Assembly (NCBI GenBank): GCA_044892505.1
Contig: CM097882.1
Coordinates: 1 to 64,000 of the forward strand
Source of the DNA: Schmidtea nova
Taxonomy: Eukaryota
Direction of reading: 5' to 3'
Length of the DNA: 64,000 bases
A model generated the notes under the pieces. It was not told the DNA's origin. It did not search any database and saw nothing but the letters and a program-made list of their open reading frames with translations. The position numbers were made by a program, and so were the translations under genes. Below, piece by piece: positions 48,601 through 62,859 of this stretch (its first letter is position 1; every line of letters starts with the position of its first letter).

Positions 48601-51600
48601 TGCCCGGAAATTTTATTGAAACGACACAATTAAAATCATTCTTTCACAGAAATCCTCGATGCTTTTCGTAATTTGCTACTATTAACTGATCCTCCCGTAG
48701 CATTCATTTCTCCTTTCTATTTAAGAGACGACGTGTTCATATACCAGACTTATTCTTTGTCCTCTTGGTGGAATTAAATTTGCATTCTTGTTGTTCTGAC
48801 TGGCGTGAACTTTATCCTTGTACCTCAAATTCACTCGCAGCTTGTTGTCAAACATTAGAAGTCATTCTGGTTACGCTGGCTCTCGGTTGATAATAATAAT
48901 CTTTGGAATCGAGTGAGTTTGATAATACTCCAAATAATACGGAAAATCATGTTCTCCTTCCAGAATGATGAGAAAGCCGAGTTCGTGGAACATCCTTCAT
49001 GGCGTTTTTAGAGGCAGGATAGTGTCCATTCCCTTCATGAGCTCATGCTCTTACGTGAGGTTTGTCAGTACGCACTCTACTCCAGGGTAATCCATTCGAA
49101 GTTTCAGTGGATTTGAATATACTAGATAATTTGATTCGGTTCGTAACTACAGTTTAATGCTTATCGAATGACCTTATGTAATATGTAAATTACGCGAGGT
49201 AGCGGTAAACCGAATAAAATCTCCATTCTTCGGATTTGAACAGAAAATACACAGAAATCCAAATTTATTTTGGAATTTTCGACGATTTGATACGTGATTA
49301 AAGCGGTTTGCCGGGTAAACTTTTCATTTGTGTCCAATATTTGTGCCCCCCCCGTTTTCTGTAGTTTTGTTTTGATATTAGGGCTGACGTCATTATATTT
49401 ATTATCATTAAATGTGATCAATAAGTGATTTCATATGCAGATTTTATTTCAATTTGGTTCGGTAAATCGCTTTACTTGACTTGATTTATTGAGCAAGTTA
49501 GTGACCCACGCTATGTTGATCATAATCATTAGAATGGTTTCTTCGTCATTGTGCATTCCATTTAGTTTTGGTTCGTTGTTATAACTTTATTTTATCATTC
49601 TCGTCAATTCCGAGACGAATGACATATTTTGAAGGTTTTCGAGAGCAACTCCATTATGTTGGATGTTGCCGACTTAGTCACATTAATAATTATAGTGCCT
49701 TTTACAAATTTGTAACCCATAAAGTTTTCGATGAGAAATTGTTTGCCATTTAACTCAAACTTGATAAATATAATGTCATCTTGCTCAAAACAATATTATT
49801 CTATAATATTATTTGAATATATTTTTTTTGAATTATCAATAGTTTTTATGACCTATTATTCAAACATTCTGTAATTCAACTTATTGATTATATTTTATAT
49901 TTTCAATTTTATTTGAAATTAAAACTTTACAATCTCATTTTTTTGAATTTAATAAAATTTTGTAGTTTAATTTTTAAATCAATATTTATTAAACTTATTT
50001 GACCAAATTTTTATATTAACATCTTACATCACTCGTTGGTAATTTAGCCCAGTCCTACCTGATGTAATCGAGGGCAAACTTCGCTCCGGAAGATCGAATC
50101 GTATATAATAAAAATAATGCAGTGTATTTTATTAGTCGAACTTTGAATCATCACTTTTATATTATATCAAACATAATGATTCGTTTCCTACTCTAGTTTT
50201 CGATCACATTCTATTTGACCTGTTCAATGTCCTTGATATTGGGGTTACATAACAATTCTGCTTATGACAGCATCTAAAAAGATATCTCAGTAAGCTTCTT
50301 TCAGAATGTATATGTAATATGAACAGTTAAATGATTTTAAAACCTTCCCGGTGGTTTTACAGTGTTGGCCTCTCATTCCGCTCTGTAGCAACTGTTCATC
50401 ACATGTTAACATAGTGGTCGTTCTCCGGCATTCCAAACTTAAGCATAAACTAAATTTATTTTGATAATATACGAATCTCCAATTCAGGGACATTTTCTGA
50501 ACATATATTTGTGCGGGACATAAAGTTAGAATCCTGCACTGTCCCGCTGGATCCGGGACGAATGGTCACCCTAACAATATATACGATTGTAAAAATTGTT
50601 ATTAAAATATTAAAATATTTCAAAGCTCATTTTAATTGAGATTATTTGTCGACAAAACAAAGTTTCAACTATTTTAAATGATAGCAATTCAGGTTTTATT
50701 TTTATACATAAAGGTGTATATTTTAGTAAATTTAGATTGTAAAAGTAAATTAAGCAATGTTTTATTTGAATGTGAACCCAATTGCTACGCTAATCATAAG
50801 ATTTTTAACTCAATAAAAATGGTCAACGATAATCCTTATTGAGATTTTTATTAATATTAGTGAGGCGTGAAATGTGATATTATGAAATGTATATGTATAA
50901 AGAAAACTGTTGAGCCCAGCCGAATCACCTGTAAAAACGTGTCAGGACAGCAGATGTGCGTGTTGGGTAAGCGTGTTTATGTGTGATTGCGAGCATGTGT
51001 ATTTATTCGATATAGTTTAATATTTAACAAAAACAGAATACAAAATAACAAAACTTTATTTCTAAGTAAGAACAAATTTAGAATTACTCACAATAATAAA
51101 AATTGCATTTAATCTCGTATTTATACTATTTTTTTTGGCATTGCTTTTTCCAATCAATTCTTTTTTTGTTTCATTTATGTTCCTATAGCAATTTTTTAAT
51201 TACAATAGGAATTAATTTTTTATTTTTAACTCGAATTTTTTAATTTATTATTATTATAATTATAATAATTATTATAATCCCTACAATAATTATGATAATA
51301 AATAAATTAATAGATAACAAAATAAGCCTTTGCTGCAAAATATGTTTTATTAATGGAAAATTTTCAATTATAAAATAATAATCCTCTTCAATCCTAATTC
51401 GAAATCTAATTGGTACCTTCATCCATTTCTGCTGATTCTTTCTCGTGAAATATTTTCTTTTTCTTTGCATGTTAAGCTGAATAATATAATTTTTAAATTT
51501 TAAAATCCTTTTTAATTAAAAATGTATTTTTGTTAAAAATTTAGAAATATAAAATAAACACTCTAAAATTAAAAAATTTTCGGAATTCAAATAAAAAAAA

Positions 51601-53520
51601 AATTTTTTAATTTTTATCCTTTCTAAAATTTAAAATTTTTTTCCCTTTTATTGTCTGTATTCTATATTCTAATTTTCTAACCCTTTATTTTTGAATTTTT
51701 AAAAATTAATTTAATTATATGTTTATGAAATTCAGATATATTTTCTGTACTTTCTCTTTTTCTCCCCTTTTTTTCTTTTTTCTCTTTCTTCTTTGTAGAA
51801 CAACATATTTTTTAACAAGGTAGTAAGTTGGCGGTTTCGCTTATTTCCTCTTTATAGTTTATTTTTGGTGTTTGTCTCTAATGAGAATATTTTCTTTCAG
51901 TCTGGGATTATTTTCATCGTTTTCGCTATTCAATATTCTCACTGATACTAAATTTTCTTTTTTTCCTGTCTGACATTGGTAATGATGTCTATATACAGAT
52001 GAATTTCCACCAGGATCAAGATGTTCTTTAATTCTCTGTTACAAAGTCCTGTTAGGGTCAGATCCTTGGCCCTAAAGAATAAAAAAGCTAAGTTTCTAAA
52101 AATAGTAATAATAAATTACCTTATTTAGAATAATAGAATAAATAATTACTGAAAATAGATTATTAAATAAAACAATTACTATAAATAGATTTAGGTTATT
52201 TTAGGTAATTGATAATATAGAAATAGTTAAAAATAGTAATTTTTTAATTACTAAAAATATAATAATGATTTTTATTGAGTATATAAATTCAAGATAAACA
52301 AAGAGAGCTGACCATAATTTCACAATAATTATTAGATTGAGTGTTGATAAAATAGAGGAAATCATTAGAAATCAGCGAGACGAAGGTTAATTTGTTTTAG
52401 ACGAAGAATACTAGTTTGGGAGAGAAGCGAAATCGATTTATTTGAGTGAAGTTCTTTATAAAAAGATAAACAATTAGCGTGGTGGATTAAGATTATTCGA
52501 GAATCGTCTGTTACAGTGTAATTTTATTTTTGATTAAAAAGTAAAGGGATTTTCAAAAAGCGACGGTTGATTACTTCCACAGTATTAACCGTTTTCTAAG
52601 TAAAATAAAGTAAATGATAGTTTCAATTTTAGAAGTAGAGGGAAGCAATTATCGTTTCACCACTATTCGGATAGCCTCAAAATCACATTCTTGCTTGCCT
52701 TTTTTCTCTCATTTGTGATAGTTATGTTACTCAGGTACCAACTATTTCTTTCAGGCTGGTAAAAACAGCAGGGATCAGTGTATCCATATCTTTGTATTAT
52801 CTTTCATAAATTCTAACACAACAACAGAGATTTTGTAAATTTTATTATTAATTAAACATTAGAAAAATTAATTGTCTTTGTTTTATTTATTTAAATAGGA
52901 ACTAGCAACTTACTAAATATAAATCATAATATTTCAAATTATTATTTATAAAAAACAGTTTTATTTAATATTGGAGTCAGCTGTGTTAAGATTAATAACC
53001 ACCACTTTTGATCTTAACAGTCTGAAGGGTGCTTCCGATGTAAATTTCTTCGTATTTATTACACATGATGCTATAGACTATGTTCTTGTGGAAGCATATT
53101 TTCTTTAATTTTTGGCAGTTTGCCATCTTACAGGTATTTTCTTTTCGGGTTAAGCTCTTTGAATATTGTTAGCTAACGCTACTAGTATGATCTTGTAAAT
53201 AGTGAGTAATCTGTTTTTACTTATATTGAGTGGATTATTGTTTGGGAAGATATTTATGAAGTTATATTTTATGAAAGGAAGATTTTGTAGAACCCAGTAG
53301 AGTCTCCTTAAAAAGATTGTTTCGAGACTGCTGGGGTGAATGTTATATTCATAATAGGATTGTGTGTTTGCGCGCTTGTGTTTGTACAGAATATATTAAT
53401 AAACAACCAACTTTAAACGATTAAAATTAAAAAATTTTATTGAATACGATTAAAGTTAACAGTTACTCACGTATGTTCAGATTAAAACACAGTAAATGTT
53501 CTCAAAAAATGGATTTTATT
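45637..53520 (+). repeat. Copy B of the 7.9-kb tandem duplication (includes a second PSMD3 fragment at ~45640-46375)
   Basis: Identical to 37252-45136 at all spot-checked positions except one A-run (7 vs 6) at the contig end. Confidence 0.98.
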
Positions 53521-53817
53521 TTATACAGGCTTTTCTTTGATTTTCTTGGAAAATATAATTTTGAAATTTTTCGTTGGTTGACAATTTGAATTAATTTCTT
53601 TACTTGACTATTTGTATAGTTTTCCTTTCAGTTCTTTGGAAATTTAATAGCTTGATGATTTGGTAATCGGTTAATTTTTCTTTAATTTGTTTATTTTTAG
53701 GTAATTTGAAATCTTTATTTTCTTGTCAATTTGTAATATCTTTTTTGGAAATTTCTATAGTTATCTATAATTATTGCTTATTGATCCATTTTTCAAGTTT
53801 TTAATTTTCTTTAATTA

Positions 53818-54282
53818 TCAAGTCTGATAATTTGTATAAATTATAACTTTTGAATCAACAGTAAATAATTGGCATTTGCTAAATACAGAATATTTACAAA
53901 TAAACAAAAATAAATAAATAAAATAAATAACATTCATAAAATAAAGGGGGTTCGCCATTAGCTTAAACACAGAACTAACATAGAAAAAAAACCATAATGC
54001 AACCTTTACAATTATCATAAAGTTGATCCTGTCATTGATAAAAGGAATTCGAATGTATAAATATTTTTTTTCCTTTTGTAGATCTTTCTGCCTTCTTGGC
54101 TTGCATTTTATTTTGTTATTCTCGATTCTATTTTGGTATCCATTACGGTGCAGGACTTCAGTAAATATTGTTTGCTGTGCTGAATTGTCCTCTTCTTTTG
54201 TGCGTCGATTATCTATCTTTTGTCTCTCATTTCTAATGACGTTTACTTTCTGTAGATGAGGATGTGCTGATCTTTGTTGCAT
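53818..54282 (-). mobile_element. PLE thumb/linker fragment
   Basis: SAHPHLQK...EVLHRNGY...YIRIPFIND. Confidence 0.7.
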
Positions 54283-54399
54283 TAATGTTTTTTGTGGGCT
54301 GATTTTTTGTGGGCTGATTTTTTGTGGAATCCGTATGTTGATGTGTCTGAATTTATTTTTATTCTCAGATATAATTATTTTAACTGAAAGGACATCGTG

Positions 54400-55100
54400 A
54401 AGCCTGCCAGCTGCGTATGTCCAACATCAGCAAAGTTTTTAACTGCGAAGGCCCAGCTTTGTAATCGTGATCCCAAATCAATAATGCCATTTTTAAGTGT
54501 GATTTGAATATCTCCCATTGGTCCTTCCAATTCACCATAATGCGCTATAATAACATTAACACTTTCAATAACTCTTTGAAAGTTTTAACATAAATCATCC
54601 GGTTCACATTGTAAACTTTGAACTGACCTAACCATTTTATTCGTGAACAACACCGGTTTGATTTGTTCAGCTATAGCCTGCCGCAATAAGATCTCTGTTC
54701 GAACGCAGATTCCAGAAACACAATTCACAAAAACAAGTGTTCCATCATTAACTCGCAATACCGCTTCCATTTCACTGCTGAAATCAATGTGGCCAGGATA
54801 ATCTATTAAATTGATTATAAATCCTTTTTAGTCAGTCCCATCGTCACTTAACGTTACAGGTTGACCAAATTTGACAGCAGCTAAATTGCCTTCAGTCATT
54901 TCATTATACATAGAAAAAGCTGCAGATTTTATGATTATACATCTTCCCTGCTCATCTTTTCTTGCATCTGTAAATCTAGCCTCATCGGCTTTGGAACCTG
55001 CTATGATACCATCTTTACTCACTGACAAATCTGTTGAGTTAGACTTTTCATGATCAACAAAAGCTATGGCATTCATATTTCGGATGTTTATATTGCTCTT
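54400..55100 (-). pseudogene. EEF2: Elongation factor 2 pseudogene, N-terminal GTPase domain
   Basis: [73 protein letters not shown]. In-frame stops and degraded GTP-binding motifs; no introns. Confidence 0.93.
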
Positions 55101-55429
55101 CAGGATTGAAATTGGAATGGGATTAAAGTCAAATTGTCTAAATCAACAACAAATCAGTATCAATTAATTGGTATTAAATCGTAGAGATTGTTAAAGCGAG
55201 TACTCAAACTAATTTACAAAGCAAATCTTCAAAGCGTTTATTTTACTAAAATTTCGAATAATTACCAAACAGATAATTAATCAAGATAAAAATTTCCAAT
55301 CCAATTCTGCCAAAACAGGACTCCAAATTCAAATTAAATCCAATATAATCAAATCAAATTGATTTCGAAAGGAAAACCTAAATTCAGAAAACAAGTCAGA
55401 AATTCTAACTTAAAATCCCAAATCAGGTT

Positions 55430-55493
55430 GCGCACACAGACACTAGAAAATAATACACACAAAAATCCAACATGCGCACACAGACGCGAGAAA

Positions 55494-55552
<59 letters not shown>

Positions 55553-55625
55553 GTGCGCACACAGACGCGAGTAAACTAAAATGCGCGCACTGACGCTACT
55601 AAAAAAGGCCACTGCGCACACACAT
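55430..55625. repeat. (AT)n microsatellite embedded in GCGCACACAGACGCGAG repeats
   Basis: (AT)n at ~55498-55549; motif copies at ~55430, 55474, 55555, 55583 and 55614. Confidence 0.8.
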
Positions 55626-55839
55626 GGCTCAACATTTGGGCCATGATTATCTATTATTTATTTTTATTCTCTGTTCGAGGGATCCATCTATTTTCGGGCA
55701 TTCAATCTTAAATTTAATTTCATTGTTTGTTGCATTGAAAATATGAAATATTTGTTCCACTTCTTTTTTGCTGTGTCGTGATAAAGATATTATCTACATA
55801 TCGTGCGTAAATAGCAATGGTTTATGTGGTTATCAATGT

Positions 55840-55970
55840 TTGTTGTTCGAGATAAGAGGTCTGCCAATGGGCTCTAGTATATCAGTCATACTAGTGATTA
55901 TATTCATGGATTATCTCGAACAGCAAACATTGCTAACCATAAAAACCATTGGTATATACCACATTCAAAG
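55840..55970 (+). mobile_element. PLE reverse transcriptase fragment
   Basis: GLPMGSSISVILVIIFMDYLEQ. Confidence 0.7.
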
Positions 55971-57189
55971 AGATATAATTAAATTAATTTAAAAAAAATC
56001 AAATATAAAGGGTTAGAAAATTGGAATATAAAACACAGACAATAAAAAGGAAAACATTTTTAAACTTTAGAACGTATAAAAACTTTTTTTGATTTGAAAT
56101 TGAAAAGACCTTTTTAAAAAAAGTAGAAGATTAATATTGATTTCGAAAAATTTTTAATTTTAGAGTGTTTATTTTATATTTTTAAATTTTTAACAAAATA
56201 AACAGTTTTAATTAAAAAGGATTTTAATATTTAAAACTTATATTAATCAGCTTAACATGCAAAGAAAAAGAAAATATTTCACGAGAAAGAATCAGCAGAA
56301 ATGGATAAAGGTACCAGTTAGATTTCGAATTAGAATTGAAGAGGATTATTTTATAATTGAAAATTTTCCATTAATAAAACATTTTTGCAGCAAAGGCTTA
56401 TTTTGTTATCTATTAATTTATTTAATCCTTAATGCTGCTACCAAGGAATCACCATTTTATACTCAATAATGACCACACACGCACATCAAATACTCAAGTA
56501 GCGTGAAATAACAAAAAAGGGTCACTATGTGCCCAAATCGTGAAATGTAATAAAACTTGAACATTTAAAAAGTAAACATTGTAAAAGTAAATTAAGCAAT
56601 GTTTTATTTGAATGTGAACCCTATTGCTGCGCTAATCATCAGATTTTGAACTCAATAAAAATAGTCAATTTCTATTTAATTCAACTGTGACTGTGGTCAA
56701 TTTTCCACGGTCCAATTATAGTATGATTCATTTGTGAACTGGATCAATTGCCTGGTATATATGATGTAGACTCTACATCATATATAGATGAATGGCTAAA
56801 CAATGAAATAATATTTACAAAACGCAATCTTCAGCCTCGGCCAATTTTGTCTCGGGTGGATTGTATGTATTTGAAGTACTCGGTATTTCTATTCAATTTT
56901 GCAACTATGATTCTAGGTTGATTTCTTTCAATTTTTTATATAGTTCATCTCAGAAGAGTCATATTTATTTTTCCCGCTTTTATTTACATTACAAAGAAAA
57001 TATTTTTTTTGATCTATTGTCTGAAATAAATGAAAATTATTAAATTATTTTTTTGTGAAATTCTGACTAAATTCCAGAGTTTTTGTGAATTTTTTTAAAA
57101 ATCTTTGAAAGAACAACCAGAAAGATAAACAAATAAAAGTAAATACTCAATTATAAAGATCATATTAATTTTCCTTTGTAAATAACATT

Positions 57190-57420
57190 ATTTATAACTT
57201 TGATTTCTTTTTTCTATTTCAGAAATTTTCAATTTTTCACGACTAGATTGAAATTGTTTTTTAATGGATTTTTCGGCACAGCCTTTTTAAAGTGTTTTTC
57301 GGAATTGAAATACACACTTGAAAAAGGCTTTGCCAAAAATTTATAAGTATTAAAATAACAATTTTGGTCTGTAGTCATTAAGGAAATGAAAATTTCTGAA
57401 CTTTTTGTGAGATTTTTATT
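57190..57420. repeat. Diverged copy of the foldback repeat with two decayed hammerhead cores
   Basis: TTTCGGCACAGCCTTTTTAAAGTGT (57271-57295) and TACACACTTGAAAAAGGCTTTGCCAAAA (57311-57338). Confidence 0.7.
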
Positions 57421-58565
57421 TTCCTTAAAATTAAAAAACAACTAGAATTGAATATATCGATTTTATAATTTTAATTTTATTATTTAATGATGCATCTGAT
57501 GTAGACTGTGGCATTACTGATGCATAACGAATCGGTGATCCGTTACCGTCACCACTGCATAACTATTAGTGATTTCATAAAATGCTACAACCAACTGACC
57601 CTAGCCGGCACGTCATTTATCATATTAAATTGTTGCTATTCGAATTTGTGCAATACTCGAAGAGAATTATTAGGATTTGCCAAATATTTTGTCTGTGCTG
57701 GGTATCTATATTAAAATCTGTGAAAAATCCACTTTCATGCATTTTATATAATAATTGTAATTGCTGAATAAATCATTGTTTTGTAACAATATATTCATTT
57801 ATTATTATTATTATTGTTGTTGTTATTATTATTTATTATTATTAATATTTATTATTATTAATAATATTATTATTAATATTATTAATATTATTTTTATTAT
57901 CATTATTAATAATAATATAATTAACATTATTCTTCAATAAATAACATAACAGACATGACATTGAGATAATTAAAAACAAACAGCAATCCACATATATATA
58001 TATATATATTCTGCACTATATATTTCGAGAAACTCTTCTCATAATCAGGTGCTGTTCAGCCAACCATTCAAATATAAATCCAATAAATCAATTTTCAAAC
58101 AAATTAATATTTTTTTTAAATGTGAATTATAATTTTATAAAACATTTTTAAAAGAACAATTTAAAACGATAAAATTATATTTTAATTTAAATAATTTAAT
58201 CTTAAAAATCATTCTATCTTTTTTAAAAAAGAATATTTTATAAATATTTCCATGTTTATAAACTTCATCGCTTCAAATTACCAACTTTAAAAATAAAATT
58301 ACAAATTATAAAAATTTAAATACACATTTAATTATAACAATTATTTTAAAACTTATTAAATTTAAATTATTTATCATTTCAAATTATTTTAATAAATTAT
58401 TGAAATATTTAGTTCTCAACTGAAAACACTTCACAACGTGCTAAAGTAAGGGACCCTACGAGAAAACGCTTTTTATAGTACGCTTTCTATATGTTCTCTT
58501 CGGATTGATTCAATTGGTCATGCTTCACTCTTTTGATCTTTATTTACTCTCTGGATAACTAACAT

Positions 58566-61500
58566 CAGGGCCCGCTTTAGGGCTGGGAAATCCGGTCATT
58601 TGTCCGGGCGGCAAAATTAAGGGGCGGCATTTCGGTTATAAGTGTGAGAAAAATAGAAAAATATTGATGTGTTAAATACTCATTAAATAGAAAATTTCAC
58701 ATATCATTTTTTCGTTAGTAAAAGTTTAGAGTACAGCGTGGCGTATATTTATATTGTTTATGTCTAAATGCGAAAAAATATTTACACTTATTGAAAAAAT
58801 AACGCAGTATTTGTAAAGAACGATGTTTGAACTTGTTTGAACATGCAACCAATGCAATATAGCAATGAATATATGCAAGGAAAACCATTATCTGAAGCAA
58901 AGATATGGCATTTATTAAGTTCATCACTTCCTTAAAACGTGTTTTATAATAATCTATTTGAATAATTTAACTGAATAAAATCTCAAAATCATGAATTATA
59001 AAATTGTTTTTAATGACTATTTATAATTTGCTGAAGTATTTGTTATTATATAAATTACATGTATAATAAAAATTTACTTTCTTTATTTTCCCAGACCCTA
59101 TATACGAAAATGTCTAACGATCAAAGAAAAAGACTGTCTGGTTACCAGTACAAAAAAGAAGGCTGGAAATAGAAGCCGAAAGGGAAGAACAAGCTGGCGC
59201 TTTGCAAAATTATATACAGTTGTACCAGACCCAAGATAGGATTTGATTGTACCAAAAGAAATGACTGCTCTGAGAATCCAGCGTCAAGTTCGGTTATAAA
59301 TAAAAATACAAAGTCATCAGAGGATGATGATAACAAACAAATGGACAAAGTTTCAAAATCAATTGAAACTGACGACGCTCTCACTCAGTTATCACCAGAT
59401 GAAAGCATTGAAAATATTGACACCCGCAGAAAACGTTTAACAAACTTTGAGTACAGATCAGGCATTATGGCCAAGAATTTTAGGAGACGCCGTAAGAAGA
59501 TTTTTAGTAAGACAAGGGCCAGCTAAACCGTTGCATAATTACAAATTTCCTTCCAATGAAGCTGGTCGGCTTTTTGACGCAAATTATTATGCACGAATTT
59601 TAAGCAATGGATAGCAAGTTTTACGAGACTGGCTAGTGTACTCTCTTTCACAAAACTACGTTTATTGCTTCTGCTGCAAAATTTCGGCTGTATAGTTAGT
59701 TCTCTTTCAAAGGAGGGTTTTTAAAGTTGGAAGCATCTCTGCGAAATTTTAAAAGAGCGTGAAATTTCCAAAAATCAATTTCAGTCCCAAAACTCATGAC
59801 TAGAAATAAACCAATGATTAAAATGTTGTAAAACTTTAGATGCGGTCGCTCAAAGAATTACTAATGCTGAAACAAATCATTGGAACGAGGTACTTCTAAG
59901 AATCGTAACAATTACAAAAATGCTTGGTAAAAGTAGTTTGGCTTTTCAAGGTACAAGCGACAAGTTGTTTGAACATAATAACGGTAATTTCTTAAAAAGA
60001 GTTGAGTTGCTATCTGAATTCGACTAAAATTCATTACCTCGGGAAGAATATACAAAACGAGATTATAGATCTGCTACATCAAACTTTTAAGTCTTATATT
60101 ATTGATGAAATAAAAAAATCCAAATACTTTTCCATAATTCTAGACTGTACTCCTGACATTAGCAAAGTAGAGCAAATGACTTGTAATCAGATATGTTTCA
60201 ATCAATAAATTTAGAACTGATGTTTAAATTAAAATTAATGAAAAGTTTTTAGGCTTCTTACCAGTAGAAAGATCTACAAGAAAACAAATGTCTGATATTA
60301 TAATCGCAGAACTTAATAACTTAGATTTAAATTTGCAGGATATCAGAGAGCAGGGATACGACAACGGGTCCAATATGAGGGGTTATGAAGCAGGAGTGCA
60401 ATCTAGAATTAAACAACGTAATTCACGAGCATTCTATGTTCCGTGTAGTAGCCACTCTCTCAATCTTGTTGTTAACGATATGGCAAAAGCGTCCTTGGAA
60501 GCCGATAATTTCTTCAACATGGTCCAAAACATATTTATTTTTTTCAGCATCTACTTTTCGATGGACAATACTTTTAAAACATGTTCAAGGTTTAACTTTG
60601 AAACCATTGAGTGACACTAGATGGGAAAGTAGGATAAAGGCATTGAAACCTTTTAGATTCCAATTGGGAGATGTATACGACACCTTGCTAAGCCTTTTCG
60701 AAAACCAAGAAATTGATAATTTAATAAGAGACCAGACCTAGGGTTTATTAAATTGTATTAAACAATTTAAGTTTTTGTGTTCAATATTTATTTGGCATAA
60801 AATACTAAATTGTATTAATCCAATAAGTAAGTTGATGCAAACAAAAGATTTTGATCTACCCGCTGCACTTTATCTTTTACAAAACTGCAAAATGTTTTTT
60901 AAGAATCTTCGATCAGATTCGTCCTTCAATGAAACTATTATTGATGCAAAAGAACTTGCTACCGAAATTGATGTGGAGGCTAATTTTGGATCAACAATAA
61001 CACTGCACCTTGTTAGAAAAATAAAGAGGAACTTCTCATACGAAGCACGAGATGAACCCATTAAAGATCCAAGAAATATATAAAACAGATTTTTTTTATT
61101 TTACAATCGACCAGGCACTAAATACACTAGATGCTAGGTTTGAACATCTTAGTAATCATAGTAACTATTTTCAGTTCTTATACAATATATAAGATTTAAA
61201 TACCATGTCCAAAGAAATGCTACTAAAACACTGTAAGAATTTAGAATGTATTTTAACTGATGGTGATTCTGTTGACATAAATGAGGTAGAACTAGCTGTT
61301 TAATTTTCAGCAGTATCTGCTCTTTTGGGAAAGAAAGAAAGCCCAAGCAATGTACTGAGCCCAATTACAAAGTTAAATTTTGCCCCAAATCTTTATATTG
61401 CTTTAAGAATATTGCTAACGATACCTATTACTGTAGCTAGTGTCGAAAGGAGTTTCTCTAAATTAAAATTAATTAAGAAATTTTTACGCTTGACTACTAC

Positions 61501-61965
61501 ACAGAATAGTCTTAATGGTTTGGCCATTTTGTCAATTGAGCATGAAATTGCTGATCAAGTAAATTTAAAAGATGTAATAAAAAAGTTTGCAGAACTGAAA
61601 GTAAGAAAAATAAGTTATTTGTGATTTCAGCGTTAGTTGATTTTACCTTGTTTTTTTTTTAAAATGACATTTTGATTGTTTGTGCAATAATTCAATTTAA
61701 TAGCACATGAAAATGTAAAAAATTATTTGGCTTAAAATTTGTGGCTAAGTACAGATATTTCTTAATTTCTACTGTTTTGTGCTGCTTGATAATCAATGTT
61801 ATGTTATATTTTTTTCTATTATTAAAATTTATATGAAATTATTAGGTTTTTATTAAAAATAAAAAGTAGGTACATTTATTTAAATATTATATATTAATAT
61901 ATATTCTTAAGGGGCGGCAATTTGTCTTTTTGTCCGGAGCAGCGTAGCCGCTAGAGCGGGCCCTG
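58566..61965 (+). mobile_element. Full-length decayed hAT DNA transposon (ZMYM1/DUF4371-type transposase)
   Basis: TIRs CAGGGCCCGCT(T/C)TAG with subterminal AAGGGGCGGCA. Fragments: RKRLSGYQY, DWLVYS..YCFCC, YFSIILDCTPD, QGYDNGSNM, CSSHSLNLVV, SDTRWESR, TVASVERSFSKLKLIK. Many frameshifts. Confidence 0.95.
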
Positions 61966-62850
61966 ATATCTGAAAACTCTTTGATTGAATCGTTTTTGAC
62001 TTATCTCTTCGACCAACTGGCAATTTTCAGAATTATCTCTACACTTATATAGTGATTTCTTTTAAATTAATTAATTAGATCTGTCTATCGTCCTAATTAT
62101 TCCTCCAAATAAATAATTTGATTTTGACAGCCGCCTTTCATAGGTCATAATTAGGTAAAATGATAATTTGGGATCATCCGGATTTTCCTTTTGCTAGGGG
62201 TTTCCATATAATTAATTTGTTTCAGGTAATTAAGTCAATATATTGACAACTCGGGTTTCCCATACATCTCGGGTTTTCTATTAGTCAAATAAGCTTTTTA
62301 TTAGTTTTTTTTTAATATCGAGTTCTGAAAACCCCTTGATATAATAATATTATATGTGGATTCGTCTTATCATTACGCATCTGTCCATACCTGTTTACCC
62401 GCAAAATATTTATTTGTAAATTTTTAATTAATTTTGCATTTTATTTGTTATTTTTTGAATTTTGATGATATTTATTGATTTGTACTGAGTTTTCTGTGAA
62501 TTTTATTTCATTGCGCCTGTTTAAAGAAACCCCAACATTATTTTTATATAGAAATCTTTGAATCTTTTATTAGGGCTCAGCTATGACTTCAAACAATTAA
62601 GAAATTAATAATACTATTAATAAAATATTATAAATTCTGATCATTATAAACCCCAACATTTATCATAAACCATTCGATATACAAATCATAGGTTTACGGT
62701 AAAAGCTGCAAAAGAAAATATTTTAATTAAAGTAAAATCAAACTCGGTTTTAAGAGACTGCAATTCCTTCATAGATTTATTTAATTAAAATTTATAAAAA
62801 GTGCCAAATAATCAATTATTTAAACACCAATTAATTTAAATATCCAACTC
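61966..62850 (-). mobile_element. 3' LTR of the Gypsy element, interrupted by the hAT; probably resumes left of 58566
   Basis: Follows the polypurine tract AAGAAGGGGAGAG (~62860-62848) and shares motifs with the LTRs at 10236-14000. Confidence 0.7.
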
Positions 62851-62859
62851 TCCCCTTCT

